Positions 38,711 to 48,777 of a stretch of DNA of 64,000 bases are shown here, piece after piece. The stretch is from positions 384,001 to 448,000 of the forward strand of contig CAXXGI010000003.1 in assembly GCA_963674695.2 (NCBI GenBank), written 5' to 3'. Below the pieces are notes generated by a model. It worked only from the letters and a program-made list of their open reading frames with translations, searched no databases and had not been told where the DNA came from. This DNA is from a bacterium (GTDB lineage: Bacteria; UBA10199; 2-02-FULL-44-16; JAAZCA01). Each line of letters starts with the position of its first letter. The stretch's first letter is position 1. The translations under genes and the position numbers were made by a program.

Positions 38711-38896
38711 ATGCCGCTGATCGAGAAAAAACCGAAGTCGGATAGTCGTTCAAAGAAGAAGAGCTTTGCCTTCTACCTCTCCCAGGGGCTTGTCGACGAT
38801 ATCGCTCGTGTGGCCAAGGAGGCCGGGCGCTCCAAGAGTGAAGTCCTCGAGATTCTGGCTCGCGCCGGCCTTGAAATTCATCAAAAAGATCAATAA
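38711..38896 (+). CDS. Ribbon-helix-helix (CopG-like) DNA-binding protein
   Basis: FAFYLSQGLVDDIARVAKEAGRSKSEVLE. Confidence 0.7.
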   Translation: MPLIEKKPKSDSRSKKKSFAFYLSQGLVDDIARVAKEAGRSKSEVLEILARAGLEIHQKDQ

Positions 38897-39084
38897 CGTC
38901 CATTGTTTCGTCAATTCTCTGTCGCTGGTGGGTATTTCTGCACGATTCCGCATGCATGATGGAAATCATGACGTCCGAGTGCATTGAAATTGCACATCAT
39001 AAGCTGACCCTCATTTTCTCCTCGATGGCATGCTCTTTGCTTACATATAAAGTGATGTCATTTTGTTCGTGAAGGGGGGAGTTC

Positions 39085-40800
39085 GTGGTGCGCTTAGCTC
39101 GAATCTTCAGCATACTTCTGATGGTGGTGTGCTTCTCCGCCTGCAGCGCTGGCCTCGACGGGGGATCGGTTGGGGCCGGTGGAGCCGGAAGTGGTGGCGA
39201 GCTCGAATCGGATGATGGCGATGGCGGTGCGGGTGGGGGCAGCACGACGGCCTTTACGATCGCTTCCGTCACTCCCGCCGATGGTGCGGTTGGCGTCTTC
39301 CTCAACACCGGGTATGTGGCGGCGATCTTCCCGAGCGATCAACCGATGGTTGCGTCCAGCATCGATTCCAATTCCTTTCAGGTGGTTCAGGTCGACGAAG
39401 CAGATCCTTCCGAGGGGGTTTCGCTCTCGACGGCGGTCTCGGGAACCGTGAGCTATGATGACGCCCTGACGCTCGAGGGGACGACCTACAACGTGGCGAT
39501 CTTTCAGCCGGCGAGTGAGCTGACACCGGGAACGACCTATCAGGCGCGGTTGACGACGGAGGTGCGCTCCATGGATGGGGAGGCGCTCGCCGAGGATTAT
39601 GTCTGGACGTTCGAAACGCCATGGCTCTATCGCCAGGAGTGGGCCGAGGATATCTTTCTTCTCGATATTGCCTCATTACCGAATGGCGGTGTGGTGGTCG
39701 TCGGGTATACGGACCCCCCCGATGCCGTCGATGAAGAGCCCTGGATGGCTGTCTATGACAACGATGGATCGCTGATTGCCCAGCACGTTGAGGATTTTTT
39801 CTCGGCCGAAGCGCGAGCGAGCGTCGTCGACGTGGTCGGCGACTACATCTTTGTTGCCGGAATGGCGGTGGCGGGGAGTAGTCAACTCTGGATCGCCGCC
39901 TACGATCTGGAGACCTTGGAGCTCCATCACTACACGCTTTTTGATGAAGAGCAGGTCATTATCACGGAGATGGCACACGACAGCGCGGGAAATCTCTACA
40001 TCGTGGGCACGATCGACACGGGTGAAGAACCGGCATTTCTCTGGAAGCTCAATCCGCAGATGGACGAACGCGAGATTCTCACCTATGTGCGAGAAGAGGG
40101 GGATGGGTTCGGCGATTACTTCCTCGATATCTTTATAGAGGATGATGACACCATAACGCTCTTCGGCATGTCACAGCAGGCGGATAATGTTGCGCACCAG
40201 TTCATTCGGCGGGTCACGACGTCGCTCGTGCTGTCTGGTGAGATATACTCCAATGATGTCGATATGGGTTCATTCAATGGGTCGTTCTTTTGGAAGGGAA
40301 TCGTGTCGGGGGATGTCGCTTACGTCGGGGGATATCAGATGCTCTACGATGGTGACCGGCATTATCCGTTCCTGGCGGCGATCGATCTTGCACGGGGGGA
40401 AAGGATCGATCATGTCAATCCGACGGTCTCCTATTCACCGGAATTCGATGCAGGTAATACAGCCAGCCAGGTGAGCGGTCTCGCCTTCGATGCGCAAGAT
40501 CGCGTCGTCGCCCTCGGGTGGCGAGCCGCTGATGTTGGCGGGATGAACCGGGAACTCTTCGTGGCGCGCTATGCTACCGAGGATGATGGCGGTGGGCTCA
40601 ACGAAGAGCTGATGGTCATCGACGATGGGGGGGAGAGCAAGGGGACGGCGCGCGGTTTGGGTTTTACCTTCGACTCCGAAGGCTCCATCGTGGTTATCGT
40701 CGACTTCAGTAGTGGTGGCGATGAGGCAGGATTGCTCAAGGTCGATGGGAATCTCTATCCGGATCCGACCAGCGGGATGACACTGGTCGGTTCAGACTGA
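39085..40800 (+). CDS. Acidic surface lipoprotein with Ig-like (Big_5-like) domain and probable beta-propeller
   Basis: Lipobox FSAC, Gly-rich linker, SVTPADGA..V, L.PGTTY, YVWTFET. Confidence 0.75.
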   Translation: MVRLARIFSILLMVVCFSACSAGLDGGSVGAGGAGSGGELESDDGDGGAGGGSTTAFTIASVTPADGAVGVFLNTGYVAAIFPSDQPMVASSIDSNSFQVVQVDEADPSEGVSLSTAVSGTVSYDDALTLEGTTYNVAIFQPASELTPGTTYQARLTTEVRSMDGEALAEDYVWTFETPWLYRQEWAEDIFLLDIASLPNGGVVVVGYTDPPDAVDEEPWMAVYDNDGSLIAQHVEDFFSAEARASVVDVVGDYIFVAGMAVAGSSQLWIAAYDLETLELHHYTLFDEEQVIITEMAHDSAGNLYIVGTIDTGEEPAFLWKLNPQMDEREILTYVREEGDGFGDYFLDIFIEDDDTITLFGMSQQADNVAHQFIRRVTTSLVLSGEIYSNDVDMGSFNGSFFWKGIVSGDVAYVGGYQMLYDGDRHYPFLAAIDLARGERIDHVNPTVSYSPEFDAGNTASQVSGLAFDAQDRVVALGWRAADVGGMNRELFVARYATEDDGGGLNEELMVIDDGGESKGTARGLGFTFDSEGSIVVIVDFSSGGDEAGLLKVDGNLYPDPTSGMTLVGSD

Positions 40801-42746
40801 TGCCCATCCATCAAGGGAAGCGTGAGAAAGAGGGTTGTTCCTGTTCCTTCCTCCGATTCAATCTGCAACGATCCTTCAAAGCTGCGCAGGATGCTCGCGA
40901 TGACGGTGAGGCCTAACCCCAATCCGCCGCCGCCGGTCGTGTAGCGGCCGGTCGAATGGAAGCTCGCGTCCTTCACCTCGAAGAAGGGTTCGACGACCTC
41001 GGTGATATACGTCTGGGGAATGCCCTCGCCCTGATCGCGAACGATGATCGTGGCGCTTGCCTCCTGGACGTCGACATCGATATCGATCGCCTTGCCATCA
41101 GGGGAATACTTGATGGCGTTGGACAGCGCCTCTTCCAAAAGAATACGCACGGCCTCCTGCTTGCATCGAACGGTGGCCCAGATGCGCTCTCCGGCGCGAA
41201 GCGTAATCGCACGTCGTTCAGCTGCGGGTGTGAGCACCTGCACCATATCGTGAATAATGGGCCCCAGATCAGCGCAATCGGCGTCTTCGTCGTCGCTTCG
41301 CAACTCTCCGGCGATGGCGCTCGAGGCACGGGTGAGACGTTCGACGAGATTCTTAACCTTTTCGATGCTCGTTCCGAGCGCATCGAAGCATTCGCGAAAC
41401 TCCTCCGATGTTTTGGTTTCATCGATGGCCTCCGCCTGCATCAGGTCATAGAAGCCGACCACGCCGTTCATCGGCGTGCGCAGCTCATGGCTGATGATGC
41501 GCAGGAGTTGCCGTCGCACGAAGGCGATGCGCGAGAGTCGGTCGTGGGCCTCCTTCGTGGCTACGCTCATCTGGTTGAAGGAGTCGGTCAAACTCCCGAT
41601 CTCATCGTCGGCGTGTTTGTCGATGGTGATGCCCAACTCACCCTGTGCAATGCGGTTCGATGCACGGGTCAGCGCCAGGATCGGTGCGATGAGTTTGTGA
41701 ATGGTGAAGAAGATGCCGAGTGCCATGAGTCCCATCGACAGGGCGATGACGATCAGGATGTTGTTGCGCAGTTCATAGACGCTGCCATAGATGTGATCCC
41801 GATTGCCCATCATCAGCACGCGCCAGCCGGAGGCGGCGAGCACACGGTGCATGAGCAGATGACGGCCATGGTCAATGATGTCGTCACCGCTGCGTTCCAG
41901 CAGTTGTCGGATTTGAGGGAGGCCGAGGTCGGGTTGGATGGCGTCATCGCCGCTGCGTAGGATGATCTGATCGTTGCGATCGAGGATCTCGAGCAGCGCA
42001 TGTGTTCCGGGATCGACGACGATATCGCTTAAGAAATCAGCAGACGTCGTTATGCGCAGGACGCCGCGGACGGTTTCTCCCACACGCAACGGCATGGCGA
42101 TCGTGATCAGTTCCTTTTCGATCTGTTCTTCTCGCCCTTGAAAGGAGATCGGATCGTAGGTTCGAAGAAAAAGCGACGTGGGTCGTGGCGGGGTGACGAC
42201 GGTCTTTCCTGCGAGCGCTGCCTGAAACCAGTCTTCGTCCTTGCGGGCGAGTTTTTCGGAGCCGGTGGCTTCAAAGTCGCGGTCGTTTGAACCGCCCAGA
42301 TAGATGTGCTGACGCACATCCCCTTCAGGCGAGATGAATTCAATCGAGGGAAAGTCGCCGTCATCGACGATGGCTCGACCGCCTTCGTTGGCCAGCAGCC
42401 CGATCGGGAAGTTGACCAGTCCCCCGACCTCGGGTTCACCCAAAAGGAGGCCGTTTCCCTTTTGGAAATTGAAGACGGTCACATCGACATCGCTCTTATA
42501 ATGCGGGGCGACGGAGAACTTGATGAAGATCGGGTCGCGCAAGAGGGTTTCGATCTCCCGGATGCGGCTGTCCAGCGTGCTCTCGATCTGGGTTGCGACC
42601 AGGTCGATGGTTCGCCTGAAGTCGCGTTCAGCCTGTTCGCTTAAAATATCGCTGCTGAAGTGATAGCCGACAAACCCTAGCGCCGCCAATGCGATGAGCT
42701 GGATCGATAAAATCGGAACGAGAAATTTCGTCTGCAATTTTTTCAT
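40755..42746 (-). CDS. Membrane sensor histidine kinase (large periplasmic domain, HAMP)
   Basis: DEIGSL..SFN.M, SHELRTP, NAIKYS, D.GEGI, GLGLGL. Confidence 0.9.
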   Translation of the reverse strand: MKKLQTKFLVPILSIQLIALAALGFVGYHFSSDILSEQAERDFRRTIDLVATQIESTLDSRIREIETLLRDPIFIKFSVAPHYKSDVDVTVFNFQKGNGLLLGEPEVGGLVNFPIGLLANEGGRAIVDDGDFPSIEFISPEGDVRQHIYLGGSNDRDFEATGSEKLARKDEDWFQAALAGKTVVTPPRPTSLFLRTYDPISFQGREEQIEKELITIAMPLRVGETVRGVLRITTSADFLSDIVVDPGTHALLEILDRNDQIILRSGDDAIQPDLGLPQIRQLLERSGDDIIDHGRHLLMHRVLAASGWRVLMMGNRDHIYGSVYELRNNILIVIALSMGLMALGIFFTIHKLIAPILALTRASNRIAQGELGITIDKHADDEIGSLTDSFNQMSVATKEAHDRLSRIAFVRRQLLRIISHELRTPMNGVVGFYDLMQAEAIDETKTSEEFRECFDALGTSIEKVKNLVERLTRASSAIAGELRSDDEDADCADLGPIIHDMVQVLTPAAERRAITLRAGERIWATVRCKQEAVRILLEEALSNAIKYSPDGKAIDIDVDVQEASATIIVRDQGEGIPQTYITEVVEPFFEVKDASFHSTGRYTTGGGGLGLGLTVIASILRSFEGSLQIESEEGTGTTLFLTLPLMDGHQSEPTSVIPLVGSG

Positions 42747-42766
42747 GTCTGCTCACCGTTCACCGT

Positions 42767-44161
42767 TTACGGTTCACGGTAATATCCCGCCTGCGTCATC
42801 AGTTTTGTTACGGCAGCGTTGAGCTGTTTGAGCGCTACCGGGGGTGTTTTTTTGCCCGCGATGCATTCGGAGGTCGCCGTTCCCAGGAGACTTGCGATGA
42901 CCGAATATTCGGGCAGGCGCGGCATATAGCGCCAGTCGATGAGCGCCACGTTTTCTTCTAATACATAGCCTTCGTCCGGTGCTCGATAGGGGTGGAGTTT
43001 CCGGTACTGTGCACTCTCGCGGAGCGACTGCATCGGGATGGAGGTGACGGCGTTTGTGACGACATCCTCCATGAACGCCTTTCCCGCGATGAATTTTAGG
43101 AACTCCCAGGCCGCGGCCTTGTTCTTCGAATGACGGTTGATACCATAGCCCATCGAGAAGGCCTCCTGCACACATCCCTTTGAACCGCGTGCAGGCAGGG
43201 CAGCGGCATAGCGATCGTGGAGCTTGAGATCCGGTCGATCCACGGCGCCGACGTTGAAACCGGAATAGAGCAGCATCGCCACGCGCCCCTCGCGGCCATC
43301 CTGCACGAGTTCATACCAGGTATAGTCCTGACTCGCCGGGGGGCCATACCGTTTGAGGAGATCGCAGTAAACGGTAAATCCCTTGCGGAATGCCGACGTG
43401 TCGAAGGCAGGACGCGCCTTCTTTGTGCGGATTTCTGCCGCGGTCGCCGCACCCCCTTCAAACCAGGTGCCGCCGAAGGCCCAGGCAAACCCCGAGACGA
43501 GGATCGCCGGTTCCTCGCCGGCCCGCCCGCGCCCGGCCACACCGTAGAGGTCGATCGTCCCATCGCCGTTCGTGTCGCGCGTGAGCGTGCGCGCGGCGGC
43601 GACGAGTTCGTCGATCGTGCGCGGGACCTTCACGCCGTACTGTGCGAAGAGGTCCTTGCGGTAGGTCAGTGCCGCGCCAAAGCTCTCGGTCGGCAAGGCG
43701 TAGAGCTTATCATTATATGAGAGCGCCTCCAAAAATGTCGGATAGAAAGCGGATCGATCGAAGGTGGCATCCTTGGCGATGAAGGGATCGAGCGGTTCCA
43801 GATATCCCGCGGCGATGTGCTCGGGCAAAATCCAAACATCGGTGAGCACCAGATCGTATTGCCCCGCAGCTGAGGCCAGGTCGATAAGGACCTTTTCGCG
43901 CACGACATCCTCGGAGAGGAGTTTCCACGAGACCTTGATTCCCGTTTCTTTCTCAAAGCGCGGGACCTCACGCTTGAGCGTGGGCAGATAGTCCTCGTTC
44001 CAGGTGATGAACGTGATGTGCGGGTTTTTGTTCGCACCATCGGTGGTCTGTGCCGTGACGGTTTCGAGGGGCTTGGGCTCCGGTGACGGCGCGAAGCGCG
44101 AACAGCCGGAGAGGGCAGAGAGAAACAGGATGGAGAACAGCACCGCCAGGAGCAGGGTCAT
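42767..44161 (-). CDS. Sugar-type extracellular solute-binding lipoprotein
   Basis: Lipobox LSGC; FEKETGIKV, YRKDLF, AAWEFLKF. Confidence 0.88.
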   Translation of the reverse strand: MTLLLAVLFSILFLSALSGCSRFAPSPEPKPLETVTAQTTDGANKNPHITFITWNEDYLPTLKREVPRFEKETGIKVSWKLLSEDVVREKVLIDLASAAGQYDLVLTDVWILPEHIAAGYLEPLDPFIAKDATFDRSAFYPTFLEALSYNDKLYALPTESFGAALTYRKDLFAQYGVKVPRTIDELVAAARTLTRDTNGDGTIDLYGVAGRGRAGEEPAILVSGFAWAFGGTWFEGGAATAAEIRTKKARPAFDTSAFRKGFTVYCDLLKRYGPPASQDYTWYELVQDGREGRVAMLLYSGFNVGAVDRPDLKLHDRYAAALPARGSKGCVQEAFSMGYGINRHSKNKAAAWEFLKFIAGKAFMEDVVTNAVTSIPMQSLRESAQYRKLHPYRAPDEGYVLEENVALIDWRYMPRLPEYSVIASLLGTATSECIAGKKTPPVALKQLNAAVTKLMTQAGYYREP

Positions 44162-44347
44162 GGGGGCGCAGCGCTGCCGGTGCGAGGAAACATTCATAAC
44201 TGCCAGAATACAAAAGGGAAACGGCCGTGGCAAGGGGGATGGTGAATATGAGCGACATAGAAGTGTCGTATAAGAAATGCTTGAATTTTTCCAGGGGGGT
44301 GTCTAAAACCGCTGCACTTAATCTCTCATATACCAGAGGAGGCGATC

Positions 44348-46432
44348 ATGATCGGAGCGTGTGTCAATTCAGGAGGGGCAAGCATGCTGTTCGGCGCAGG
44401 TGCGGGTTTCGGTGCGACGGATGCCGGAGGGAATGAGATGACTTCGCTGCAGGATCTGCCTCCTGCCGACGAGGGTTTCTTTTTCGCGGCGGCGCCCGGT
44501 GAAGCAGGCGCAGATGAAGGCGAGACCGTGCGCATGGGCGGTGGTTCCGGCGGCGGCAACGGGGGTGGGTCGTCAAGTGCGCGTTCCCTCAGCGACAGGA
44601 TCTTCATCACGATTTCGGATCTCATCAAGCGGAATTCTTCTGAGGGCGACACGAAGGGGTTGACGGCGCTCCTCGACGATATCACCCCCCTGATCTCTCC
44701 CAGAGATGCAGGAGCAAAACCCAATTTTTGGGAAGCGGCGCTCCTGATGGGGCAACATTTCAATCGGAATCCGGTTGCACTCGATATCCGCAAGGCCCTC
44801 GTCGGCCTCATCGCCGATGTCCAGACCTATCAGGGCGATCGGGCTCGCACCTCCACTGCGCCGGTGGCGACCATTTTCGGAACATCGGGCTGGCGCGACC
44901 GGATCGGCGAAGCCTTCAGCGTGAGCAACGTGCAGAAGGTGACCCGCGGTATCATCGAGATGATGCAGACGCCGGATTTCTTGAATGGGAACGATTTTTT
45001 CACCTTCGAGGAGGTCAAGGAGAAGGGGGTCGTCGTCTTTCGCGATAACCGTTTCATGGGGCGTGCGTTCATGGATGCAGCCATCCGCGAGCTGACCTCC
45101 GCAGGGATCCGCGTCTACGATGCAGGGGAAACGCCCACCGGTGTTGGATCTGCGCTCGTGACGGAGCTGGATGCGGCCGGCTCCATCAACTTTACCCCCT
45201 CGCACAACCCGATGGATTATGCCGGAATCAAGTTCAACCCGCGCGACGGGGGCCCCGCAGGACCGGAGTTCACGAATCTCATCGAACAATATGCGAACGA
45301 GTATATGCAGCCGGATCGGATCTTTGCTCCGGCCGATCCCAGTCAGGATCGGCTGCAGGCGTTGGTCGAGACCATCGATGCGAAAGAGATCTATAACGCA
45401 TTCCTCGCCAAGAGCGAGATCTTCGATGTGGGCGCCTTGCGGACATGGCTGACTGAGAACAAAGAAGACCTCTCGATCGTCGTCGACTATATGCATGGGT
45501 CGGCGCGTGGCTATGTGGAAGCGGTTTTGGGCAAGGACGTGGTCGAACAGCTCATGGCGAGCGGTTCGATCGTCTTTCTCAACACGGAGGATGACACGAC
45601 CTTCCACGGCATCAAGCCGGAGCCGAGCCTGGCGAATCAGATGCCGCTCATCGAACGGCTTCAGGAGGCGAACCGGAAGTATTCGCTCGCGGTCTTCATG
45701 GATCCGGATGCCGATCGCATTCGGTTCGGAGACAAGGTGCAGGATCTGTCGATGAACCTCTTCGGCCCGATGGCGTATGCGAGTCTCCTCGACGACGGAT
45801 TTTCGGGCGCGATCGCGAGCACTGTTGCCAGTTCTCCTTTCGGCTTTGCGATCGCTCGCGCAAATGACCAGCCTGTCATCGAGACCAAGGTGGGATTCAA
45901 ATACCTGCGTGATGGTCTCATCAAGTTCGAGGAGTCGGACGGAATATCCGGCAAGGGACATACGCTCGAGAAGGATGCTCTCTTCGGATTCCTCATGGCC
46001 GTTCGCGTCATGATGTCGACGGGCAAGAGCCTGTCGGAATATTATGCCGAATTGCAGGAGCGTTATGGGTATTTCTACCCGACGCGCAGCGGTGTGGATG
46101 TGAAGGGCGTGGATCCCTCGGCATGGAAGGCGTACAAAGGCAAGGTCGTCCCCGTCCTCCAGAACGACGTGGTCAAGGTGGGCGACAAACTCATGGTCGG
46201 CGATCAGGAGCGGACGGTCACAGAGGTGGTGACCAAGGATGGCCTCAAGGTCGTCCTCGACGATCGCAGCGTCCTGGTCCTGCGCGGTTCCGGAACGGAG
46301 CCCAAATTTCGCAACTACGTCACCGTGGCCTCCGATGGCTCCATCGAGGATGTCGCGGCGGCACAGGCCGCGTATGCCAAGGCCAATGCTGAGCTCCTCG
46401 ACCGTGCTCGCGAGCTGGTGGACGGAGTATAA
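44348..46432 (+). CDS. Phosphoglucomutase/phosphomannomutase with ~170-aa N-terminal extension
   Basis: FGTSGWR, TPSHNP, DPDADR, VGFK, LRGSGTEPK. Confidence 0.88.
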   Translation: MIGACVNSGGASMLFGAGAGFGATDAGGNEMTSLQDLPPADEGFFFAAAPGEAGADEGETVRMGGGSGGGNGGGSSSARSLSDRIFITISDLIKRNSSEGDTKGLTALLDDITPLISPRDAGAKPNFWEAALLMGQHFNRNPVALDIRKALVGLIADVQTYQGDRARTSTAPVATIFGTSGWRDRIGEAFSVSNVQKVTRGIIEMMQTPDFLNGNDFFTFEEVKEKGVVVFRDNRFMGRAFMDAAIRELTSAGIRVYDAGETPTGVGSALVTELDAAGSINFTPSHNPMDYAGIKFNPRDGGPAGPEFTNLIEQYANEYMQPDRIFAPADPSQDRLQALVETIDAKEIYNAFLAKSEIFDVGALRTWLTENKEDLSIVVDYMHGSARGYVEAVLGKDVVEQLMASGSIVFLNTEDDTTFHGIKPEPSLANQMPLIERLQEANRKYSLAVFMDPDADRIRFGDKVQDLSMNLFGPMAYASLLDDGFSGAIASTVASSPFGFAIARANDQPVIETKVGFKYLRDGLIKFEESDGISGKGHTLEKDALFGFLMAVRVMMSTGKSLSEYYAELQERYGYFYPTRSGVDVKGVDPSAWKAYKGKVVPVLQNDVVKVGDKLMVGDQERTVTEVVTKDGLKVVLDDRSVLVLRGSGTEPKFRNYVTVASDGSIEDVAAAQAAYAKANAELLDRARELVDGV

Positions 46433-46462
46433 GCTCAAAATCGTGAGCACTGCGATACAACG

Positions 46463-46495
46463 AAAAAACCGCCCCTTCGCAGGGCGGTTTTTTTA
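46463..46495. terminator. Bidirectional intrinsic terminator
   Basis: aaaaaaccgccc ttcgc agggcggtttttt between convergent genes. Confidence 0.8.
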
Positions 46496-46525
46496 TATCG
46501 TTGTCATCCCTTCGCGGCGACAGCA

Positions 46526-47527
46526 TTACTTTCCTGTCTCTGCGGCTTCGGGGTGTTCGGCGATGAAGGCGACAAATTTCTTGATGAGCTCGGCATCCCA
46601 GAAGCCCTTCTCGGTCTCCTCCTCAAGCGTCTTGATCGTCTCCTCGATCGAGAAGGCGTGTTTGTAGGGGCGTTCGGTCGTCATCGCATCGAAGGCATCC
46701 AAAATTTGAAACACGCGCGCGAGATACGGAATGGAGTCGGCGAGCAGGCCATCGGGATAACCGAAGCCGCTCCATTTTTCGTGATGATGCCGGATGATCG
46801 GGCAGACATCATTGAGTGATTTCAGCGGATGACAGATCTCTTCGCCCAGGATCGGGTGCGTGCGCATGATCTCCCATTCCTCCTCATCGAGCTTTCCGGG
46901 CTTGAGGAGGACCGCATCCGGAATGCCGATCTTGCCGACATCGTGCAGGATGCTGGCGCGCTCGAGCGTACGGACCTGACGGTCTTCGAGGCCGAGGTAT
47001 TTCCCAAATGCTTGAGAGAGGCGGATGAGTCGATCGCAGTGATCGCCGGTGGTCGAATCTTTCGCTTCCACCGCACGCGCGAGCGACAGCACCACCGCTT
47101 CGGCATGATCGAGTTCATCATTGAGGCGTTTGACCTGTGCGAGCGCATGCACGCGGGCCAGGAGTTCGAGTCGATCGATCGGTTTGGAGAGAAACTCGTC
47201 GCAGCCGGCCTGGATCCCCTTGATGCGATCCTCTTTCTCCTGCAGCGCGGTGACGATCACCACCGGGACGAGTCGCGTCGACTGGCTCCCCTTGAGACGA
47301 CGGCAGACCTCGAAGCCATCCATCTCGGGCATCATGACATCCAGGAGGATGACGTCCGGCAGTTCCTTCCAGACCTCGTCGATGGCCTGCTGGCCTGAGG
47401 TGCAGGTGCGCACGATGCAGTCATGGGGTTTCAGCATCTTCTCGATGACCATGAGGTTGGTCGTGTCGTCGTCCACGGCCAGGATGGTGATGGGGGTGTC
47501 GAATTTCGGGAGATTGAGTTTTTCCAT
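46526..47527 (-). CDS. Response regulator with HD-GYP domain (RpfG-like)
   Basis: REC (VDDD, DVMMP, KP) plus LHDVGKIG, HHEKWSGFGYP. Confidence 0.92.
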   Translation of the reverse strand: MEKLNLPKFDTPITILAVDDDTTNLMVIEKMLKPHDCIVRTCTSGQQAIDEVWKELPDVILLDVMMPEMDGFEVCRRLKGSQSTRLVPVVIVTALQEKEDRIKGIQAGCDEFLSKPIDRLELLARVHALAQVKRLNDELDHAEAVVLSLARAVEAKDSTTGDHCDRLIRLSQAFGKYLGLEDRQVRTLERASILHDVGKIGIPDAVLLKPGKLDEEEWEIMRTHPILGEEICHPLKSLNDVCPIIRHHHEKWSGFGYPDGLLADSIPYLARVFQILDAFDAMTTERPYKHAFSIEETIKTLEEETEKGFWDAELIKKFVAFIAEHPEAAETGK

Positions 47528-47633
47528 AGGCGTGAATGTACTGAAGTTTCCCAGGGGCGTCAACGGTTACGCCCTTCCGGGCGGCCTCGCTTCGGCTTGC
47601 TCCTGAGGCCCGCTTGATATATGGAAGAGGGCG

Positions 47634-48623
47634 ATGACACCCAAAGACGAAATCAGCGCCCTCTCGCTCCTGTCGGGGGGGCTCGATAGCTTGCTCGCCG
47701 TCAAGATCCTGCAGGAGCAGGGCGTGCGCGTGGTGGGACTCACCTTCACCACGCCCTTTTTTGGTGCCGAGAACGCGCGACGGGGGGCCGAGCAGCTCGG
47801 CATCGAGCTCATCGTCCTGGATATCACTGATGAACACCTCAAAATGGTGAAGAATCCGCCGCATGGATACGGCAAGCAGATGAACCCGTGTATCGACTGC
47901 CATATGATGATGGTGCGCAAGGCGGGAGAGATCCTTATGCGCGACGGGTATGACTGCATCGCCACGGGTGAGGTGTTGGGGGAGCGGCCGATGTCGCAGA
48001 ACCGCCAGTCGCTCGATACCGTGGCGCGACAGTCGGGATATCCAGATGTTGTCCTGCGTCCGCTCTCGGCCCTCTTGCTGGAACCCACGCTGCCCGAACG
48101 CGATGGTCGCATCGACCGCGAGCGCTTGCTGGCGATCGAGGGGCGCAGCCGAAAACCCCAGATGGAGTTGGCTCAAAAATACGGCATTCGCACCTATGTC
48201 CAGCCGGCCGGCGGGTGTCTGCTCACCGACCCGCGCTTCTCCGATCGTTTGCGCGAGCTCATTCAGAAGAAGCCGGATGCGACGCCGGACGACATGTGGC
48301 TTCTGCGATGTGGTCGGCATTTTCGGCTGTCCTCCGGGGCCAAGGCGGTGGTCGGGAGAAATGAGCAGGACAACGGGCGGATCGAGGCGTGTGCGAAAGA
48401 GGGCGACGCGCTCATCATCTCCGATGTGACGCCGGGACCGGTGGTCCTGCTGCGCGGTTTGATTCAGGATGCGGATATACAGATTGCAGTAGAGCTCTGC
48501 GCGAGTTTTTCCGATCGCGTCGAAGGGGATATCCACCTCGAACTGCGTCTCCCCGGCGGGGAGGTGCGGCATGTTTCGGTGCAACAGCGAGCGCGCGAAT
48601 CGTTTGAACAGATGCGCATTTAG
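47634..48623 (+). CDS. tRNA thiouridylase-like PP-loop protein (ThiI/MnmA-like)
   Basis: SGGLDS, CIDCH, TGEVLGERPMSQ, PAGGCLLT, GRHFRL. Confidence 0.8.
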   Translation: MTPKDEISALSLLSGGLDSLLAVKILQEQGVRVVGLTFTTPFFGAENARRGAEQLGIELIVLDITDEHLKMVKNPPHGYGKQMNPCIDCHMMMVRKAGEILMRDGYDCIATGEVLGERPMSQNRQSLDTVARQSGYPDVVLRPLSALLLEPTLPERDGRIDRERLLAIEGRSRKPQMELAQKYGIRTYVQPAGGCLLTDPRFSDRLRELIQKKPDATPDDMWLLRCGRHFRLSSGAKAVVGRNEQDNGRIEACAKEGDALIISDVTPGPVVLLRGLIQDADIQIAVELCASFSDRVEGDIHLELRLPGGEVRHVSVQQRARESFEQMRI

Positions 48624-48777
48624 AACCTGTCGGAAAATGTCGATTTTACTGATTTTTGTCATTCCCGAGGAATCGGGAATCCCGATTTTTCAAGCACTTC
48701 GAGATTCCCGACTCCTCGGGAATGACAACAAAAGCTCTTTTCCCGACAGGTTCAATTTGAGATGGGAGTGTGATGCG

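Noticed and set aside
44281-44306. Sigma-E-like promoter (GAATTT...TCTAA) before the phosphoglucomutase
   Set aside because: The spacer is only about 13 nt and there is a single instance; not supportable
44573-46450. Long antisense ORFs (also 33954-35459, 47421-48662, 57110-58324)
   Set aside because: Shadow frames of well-supported genes in GC-rich DNA
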